Source: a bacterium (GTDB lineage: Bacteria; UBA8248). Taken from it: DNA of 64,000 nt. Below, in pieces: positions 59,006 through 64,000 of the stretch. Positions within the stretch are counted from its first letter, which is position 1; the number at the start of each line of letters is the position of its first letter. The stretch covers positions 1,984,001-2,048,000 of the forward strand of contig OZ244799.1 of the NCBI GenBank assembly GCA_965219955.1, read 5' to 3'. The notes beneath the pieces are model-generated. The model was not told the DNA's origin. It did not search any database and saw only the letters and a list, made by a program, of their open reading frames with translations. A program made the translations under genes and the position numbers.

Positions 59006-60127
59006 CTATAATTCCCCGTACTCACTGATAGACATGGGTAATGAGACCGGCTCTTTTCGTTGCGCGGAAACGTCCATCGCCATTGTGAGCAGGAGGTTTC
59101 TGTGACCATCCTGCACGGTGGCGTGCGGCGTCTCCAATCCTGTGTAGATGCGTCCGAACCAGGCGTTGGTTTCTTCGCGCATCGGGCCCCAGAGCTGTTC
59201 GAATACAACGTCGCCAGGCGGATAACTCGTCAGGAAATCCACGTTTCGCTTCACATCGGGCGTATAGCCTGCCGGCTGCGCATTTTCACTGGCAAGAACC
59301 AAGTCTCTATGGGTGTCGTCTATGGTGAGAACGCCCTCTGTGCCCACGATGCCGATTTCCAGACTATAGACGGATCCGGGCCAGACCGTCGGCAGGGCCC
59401 ATGAGATGTTCATGCTCCATATCGTGCCGTCATCAAAGGTGAAGATCCCCAGGGTCGCGTCCTTGGTTCCATAGGACGCGCCAAGCGCCTTATCCATCGA
59501 GCGCGCATAAATCTCTACGGGCGTCTTGCCTTCCATCAGCCACATGCAGACATCCAAGCTGTGCGTCCCCGAGACGACCATCGGCGTGAGGATGCCGCGG
59601 TATTCCGTTTTCTCCACCGTGGCGATGGGCACCAGCCGGTTCATAAAGGCTCTCGTGACGACAGTGGTGACATCTCCCAGTTGCCCTGTGCGAATCTTTT
59701 CCTTGGCGACCAGAAACCGCCTCCTGAAACGCTGGGTATAGCCAATAACCGCATCCAGACCTGCGTCTTCGATGGCATTGAGAACCCGGGCCGAATCGGC
59801 CGCATTCGTCGCCAGCGGCTTTTCGATGAACATATCGTGGCCCCCATCCACAGAAGCCAATATGGGGCCTACATGTTCGTTTTCCTCTGTGGCGATGATG
59901 GATGCCGTCACCTCCGGTCGGGCCAACAGCTCTTTGTAGTCCGTGGTGAAAAAATCGGCATTCGTTTCTTCGGCGAGTTTTCTGCCTACTTTCTCGTTGA
60001 TGTCACAAAGGCCCAGCCATTCGACGCCCGGATAATCACGGGCGAATTCAGCACGTATTTTGCCGATCGTTCCGCAACCTATGATGGCCAAGCCGATGGG
60101 TGCTCTTTTTCCATTTTCGGTGTTCAT
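59006..60127 (-). CDS. Gfo/Idh/MocA family oxidoreductase
   Basis: IIGCGTIG, EKPLA and H.LD motifs. Confidence 0.9.
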   Translation of the reverse strand: MNTENGKRAPIGLAIIGCGTIGKIRAEFARDYPGVEWLGLCDINEKVGRKLAEETNADFFTTDYKELLARPEVTASIIATEENEHVGPILASVDGGHDMFIEKPLATNAADSARVLNAIEDAGLDAVIGYTQRFRRRFLVAKEKIRTGQLGDVTTVVTRAFMNRLVPIATVEKTEYRGILTPMVVSGTHSLDVCMWLMEGKTPVEIYARSMDKALGASYGTKDATLGIFTFDDGTIWSMNISWALPTVWPGSVYSLEIGIVGTEGVLTIDDTHRDLVLASENAQPAGYTPDVKRNVDFLTSYPPGDVVFEQLWGPMREETNAWFGRIYTGLETPHATVQDGHRNLLLTMAMDVSAQRKEPVSLPMSISEYGEL

Positions 60128-60237
60128 TCATGACTCCCTGATAAGTACGATGAAATGCTCATAAGAAACGCGTCGGGCTAACTTCCCTCTACGACGAGGT
60201 ATTATGCCTGGCGCGTAAAATCGCCAAGTACTCAAAA

Positions 60238-60600
60238 CTAGTCTTTGATCTCGACGCGAATTGCTTTGAGGGGTTTGTCTCCGTGATTCTCCACAGCATG
60301 CAGGCCCTCCCTCCCCAGCCAGAAAGGAACGCCTTCTTTGCGGTCTTCGCTGATGGCGCAAGCCTCGCCCTTCTCGTTGTAATAGGTGAGTTTCGGGAAA
60401 CTCATGATGGTGAACACGCTCTCCCATTTATGCGTGTGCTCTTTTTCCAGTTCACCCGGCTGAATCGTCACCCGCAAAACGCGGACCCTTTCATTTTCGA
60501 AAATAATTTCGTGATTGTCGGGAGCCGCGATTACGGCATCCAACTCATCAGGCGTTCCGGGAATATATGGAGGCCTGCTTCCTGTAGCATTTTCGCTCAT
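60238..60600 (-). CDS. Cupin-like protein
   Basis: FENERVRV, HTH and HAVEN motifs. Confidence 0.85.
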   Translation of the reverse strand: MSENATGSRPPYIPGTPDELDAVIAAPDNHEIIFENERVRVLRVTIQPGELEKEHTHKWESVFTIMSFPKLTYYNEKGEACAISEDRKEGVPFWLGREGLHAVENHGDKPLKAIRVEIKD

Positions 60601-60634
60601 TTTCTAACACTCCTATGAGATAAAAACACGTAAA

Positions 60635-61570
60635 TCACGAAAATAAGGATTTCGGCAACATGGCGTGAACCCCTTTTACCCCATTTACGATTTGAGTCAC
60701 TCGCAGATCCACGGCAAGGCTGCAAAGCGTATATGCGTCATCCCTGCTCATGCCGCGCAACTCTCCCAGAAATTTTATCGTCTCACGCAGCGCCATCTTG
60801 GCCGCGTTATCGAGAATGGGATCAAAACCCATCAGGATATAATGCGTGTCGGTTTCCGCCCGGGGATTTTCGAGGCGCATATCCTTTCTGACGATGATTT
60901 CCATCGTCCCCGAGAGACCCGTTTCGATGGCCGTCAAACAGGCCTCCCCGTCGCCCTGGCAACCATGCCCATCGCCTACGGAGAACAACGCGCCCTCGTT
61001 GAAAATCGGGAAGTAGGCGACAGAACCTGATATGAGTTCCTTGTTGTCCAGATTCCCGCCCCAGGCGCTTGGGGGATAGCTCCCCACACGGCCCATGGCA
61101 GGCGGGGGCGCCACGCCGAAGTTTCCGAAATAAGGCCTGAGAGGCACCCTGACGCCCGCGCCCCAGTCCCCCGTTTGCGCTTCCAGGTCGAGGTCCACGA
61201 TGACGGCGCGCGTATACGGGAAATCCTCCGGCAATCCCCCCATCATCGGCCTGATGGCGTTATATCCCCAGTCATAGCGCGTCTTGACCTCGTGGATGCG
61301 GACTTCCAGCACATCTCCGGGTTGTGCGTCTTCTACAGCCACAGGGCCCGTCATGATGTGGGGGCCAAGTTCCTGGGGAACTTGCGCGATGATGTCCCTT
61401 AAATTCCGGGACGCCCGGTCTCCGAGTTCCGCCAGATATTCCTCCCGGCCCGATTCCGTATGAACTTCTAGCGTGTCGCCCGAGCGAATCCTCATTACAG
61501 GCTCCAGGGAGGCGTCATAAAAACCCCAATGGACGGTATCCGGATTCGCAATCAATTCATGAGTCGCCAT
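60635..61570 (-). CDS. Acetamidase/formamidase family protein (copy 3)
   Basis: HIMTGP, GGNLDNKE and GDGHGCQGDGE motifs. Confidence 0.92.
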   Translation of the reverse strand: MATHELIANPDTVHWGFYDASLEPVMRIRSGDTLEVHTESGREEYLAELGDRASRNLRDIIAQVPQELGPHIMTGPVAVEDAQPGDVLEVRIHEVKTRYDWGYNAIRPMMGGLPEDFPYTRAVIVDLDLEAQTGDWGAGVRVPLRPYFGNFGVAPPPAMGRVGSYPPSAWGGNLDNKELISGSVAYFPIFNEGALFSVGDGHGCQGDGEACLTAIETGLSGTMEIIVRKDMRLENPRAETDTHYILMGFDPILDNAAKMALRETIKFLGELRGMSRDDAYTLCSLAVDLRVTQIVNGVKGVHAMLPKSLFS

Positions 61571-62526
61571 CAACACTCTCCTCCATCAAAAATTTCTTTT
61601 GGCAGCATCGCATGAACCCCTTTGACCCCGTTCACAATCTGCGTGATGCGCAAATCCACCGCCAGGCTGCACAGCGTATAGGCGTCATCTTTGCTCATGC
61701 CGCGCAATTCCCCCAAAAACCGGATCGTCTCCCTGAGCGCCATTTTGGCCGCATTGTCGAGAATCGGGTCGAACCCCATGAGGATATGATGAGTCGGTGT
61801 CTCGGCGCGGGGCATTTTCAAACCCAAATCCTTTCGGACGATGAGTTCGATTTTCGCGGACATGCCGCATTCCAGGGCCGAGAGACAGCTTTCCCCGTCT
61901 CCCTGACATCCGTGCCCGTCACCTATGGCGAACATAGCCCCATCCTGGAATACGGAAAGGTAGACGCGAGAACCTGCGATAAATTCCTTGTTGTCCATGT
62001 TTCCGCCCCAGATTCCCGGCGGAGTGGATGGAACACGACCAAAATCGCTGGGCGGAGCTACGCCGAAGTTGCCGAAATAAGGCCTGAGCGGCACTTTCAC
62101 GCCCGCGTTCCAATCCCCCGTATTCGCTTCTTTGTCTATTTCCACGATTACCGTTCTCGAATACGGAAAATCCTCGGGCAAGCCACCCGCCAGGGGCCGG
62201 ATGACGTTAAAACCCCAATCGTAGCGCGGCCGGATATCCAGAAATCTCACTTCCAAAACATCTCCCGCCACGGCTCCTTCGACAGCGATGGGTCCGGTGA
62301 GGATATGGCCGCCCAGGTCCCTCTTGCCGCGCTCGGCGATGTCCCGCAGATTGTCAGAAGCTCTTTCCCGTATCGGAGATTCAAGAGTCCGGATCCCCGG
62401 TTCGGTGTGAATTTCGAGCACATCGCCTGAAGCGACGGTGAGAACCGGGGAAAGCCCGGCGTCATAATAGCCCCACTGGATGTTGTCGGGGTTTTGCGCA
62501 ATCACATGTTCGGCCAAGGATGACAC
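61570..62526 (-). CDS. Acetamidase/formamidase family protein (copy 2)
   Basis: HILTGP, GGNMDNKE and GDGHGCQGDGE motifs. Confidence 0.92.
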   Translation of the reverse strand: MSSLAEHVIAQNPDNIQWGYYDAGLSPVLTVASGDVLEIHTEPGIRTLESPIRERASDNLRDIAERGKRDLGGHILTGPIAVEGAVAGDVLEVRFLDIRPRYDWGFNVIRPLAGGLPEDFPYSRTVIVEIDKEANTGDWNAGVKVPLRPYFGNFGVAPPSDFGRVPSTPPGIWGGNMDNKEFIAGSRVYLSVFQDGAMFAIGDGHGCQGDGESCLSALECGMSAKIELIVRKDLGLKMPRAETPTHHILMGFDPILDNAAKMALRETIRFLGELRGMSKDDAYTLCSLAVDLRITQIVNGVKGVHAMLPKEIFDGGEC

Positions 62527-62542
62527 CTTATAAATATGAAAC

Positions 62543-63478
62543 TTATTCGAATAAAGATTTGGGCACCATGGCGTGAACGCCCTTGGTGCCGTTCACGATT
62601 TGGGTCACGCGCAGGTCGACCGCCAGGCTGCACAACCTGTACGCGTCATCACGGCTCATGCCCCGAAGCTCACCCAGGAACTGAATCGTCTCCCGCAAAG
62701 CCATCTTCGCCGCATTGTCGAGAATCGGGTCAAAACCCATCAATATATAGTGCGATTCCGTCTCCGCGCGCGGGGTCTTGATATCCATGTCCTTTCGGAC
62801 GGTCATCTCGAAAGTGCCGATGAGGCCCATCTCGATTCCGTTGATGTTCGCCTCCCCATCCCCCTGGCAACCGTGCCCGTCACCCACGGAGAACAAGGCG
62901 CCTTCGCTGAAAACAGGCAGATAAATCGTCGAGCCGGCCGTGAATTCCTTACAATCCGTATTGCCGCCCCACTCTCCCGGAGGAGACGACGGCACGCGCC
63001 CAAGCGCCGGAGCGGGCGCTACCCCGAAATTTCCGAAAAAAGGCCCGAGCGGCACCTTGACTCCCGCGCCCCAGTCGCCCGTTCCACTCTCCTCGTCCAC
63101 CTCGACAATCACAACCCTCGTATAAGGGAAATCCTCCGGCAGCCCACCCATCAGGGGTCTGAAGCCGTTGTAGCCCCAATCATACCGGGGTCTGATATCA
63201 CGAATCTTGATCTCCAGAACATCGCCGGGTTCGGCGCCTTCGACCGCCACCGGACCCGTCATGATGTGCGCACCGGGCCCCTGTTCCATCGTCTCCAGGA
63301 TTCGCCTCAGATTATCCGAGACTCTCTCGGGATGTTTTTGCAGAAAATCCTTGCGCCCAGACTCGGTTTTCACGACAAGCGTATCGCCGGAAGCGATCGT
63401 CATAACGGGAGCAAGAGCTGAGTCATAAAAGCCCCAATGGCTGGTATCGACGGTGGTATCCAGTTCATGCGTGGCCAA
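62543..63478 (-). CDS. Acetamidase/formamidase family protein (copy 1)
   Basis: HIMTGP, GGNTDCKE and GDGHGCQGDGE motifs. Confidence 0.92.
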   Translation of the reverse strand: MATHELDTTVDTSHWGFYDSALAPVMTIASGDTLVVKTESGRKDFLQKHPERVSDNLRRILETMEQGPGAHIMTGPVAVEGAEPGDVLEIKIRDIRPRYDWGYNGFRPLMGGLPEDFPYTRVVIVEVDEESGTGDWGAGVKVPLGPFFGNFGVAPAPALGRVPSSPPGEWGGNTDCKEFTAGSTIYLPVFSEGALFSVGDGHGCQGDGEANINGIEMGLIGTFEMTVRKDMDIKTPRAETESHYILMGFDPILDNAAKMALRETIQFLGELRGMSRDDAYRLCSLAVDLRVTQIVNGTKGVHAMVPKSLFE

Positions 63479-63640
63479 AGCCCTTCCTCCTCTTGACTGT
63501 TACAGCCACAGAATATCCATAGGGACATCGTCGGCATCTATGGAACCTTTGGAAGATAAAACCTGATTATCGATTGCGGATTCGCAATGGACTTTATCAC
63601 CCGCAGGTTCGAAGATCAAAAATACGCCTGTTGAATATGT

Positions 63641-64000
63641 TCAAGCAAGAACCACATCGACGAGCGCGGGCAATACATCGCCCGTTTTTCCTTGAATGCG
63701 TATGTCCGCTCTGGCGTCAAAACGGGTGGGGCCTTCGTTCACGATGATGAGGCGCGCCCCCGCTCTTCGGGCGCGCTCGGGCAAGCCGCCTGCAGGCCTG
63801 ACCGCCAATGAGGAGCCGGCGACCAGGAAAACACCGGCCTCTTTTGATGCCTCAACGGCCCGGGACAATTTTTCCGGGGATAACCCTTCCCCGAAGAAAA
63901 CGGCATCCGGCTTCAGCAGGCATCCGCAATCCTCACATTTTGGAATCACTTCACCTCCCTGAACCCGCGCGTGCACCTCGGAGCGAGGCAATTTGCTCCC
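63641..64000 (-). CDS. Sirtuin (NAD-dependent deacylase), C-terminal part (truncated by window edge)
   Basis: PKCEDCG..LKPDAVFFGE, GSSLAV.PA and IIVN motifs. Confidence 0.9.
   Translation of the reverse strand, partial: GSKLPRSEVHARVQGGEVIPKCEDCGCLLKPDAVFFGEGLSPEKLSRAVEASKEAGVFLVAGSSLAVRPAGGLPERARRAGARLIIVNEGPTRFDARADIRIQGKTGDVLPALVDVVLA

Noticed and set aside
60635-63478. Gene conversion or a DGR-like template among the acetamidase copies
   Set aside because: Differences are spread over synonymous sites, are not adenine-specific, and no reverse transcriptase is present.

Overview
GC-rich bacterial chromosomal window with no rRNA, CRISPR array, integrase or transposase gene. Core genes include gap-pgk-tpiA-secG, a peptide ABC transporter, tRNA-Leu(GAG), def and an M16 peptidase pair. 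Between them lie catabolic modules: two hydantoinase/oxoprolinase A/B pairs, an atypical SDH-like/fumarase-like operon, a divergent LeuCD-like hydro-lyase, amidohydrolase+Rieske, TAXI-TRAP, a siroheme nitrite/sulfite reductase cluster and three acetamidase paralogs. The main signals missed by the ORF track are: (1) a DsbA/FrnE-like probable selenoprotein with an in-frame UGA in a CxxU motif and a SECIS-like hairpin (50206-50865); (2) three copies of the def 3' end punctuating a small accessory region next to tRNA-Leu, including a toxin-deleted copy of a Doc TA unit; (3) a family of short non-autonomous elements with GGxxTTGTTGAAAAA terminal inverted repeats that carry different REP-like palindromes; (4) several uncharacterised paralog pairs and enzymes with altered catalytic motifs. 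All functional calls come from motif recognition by eye, not database searches.
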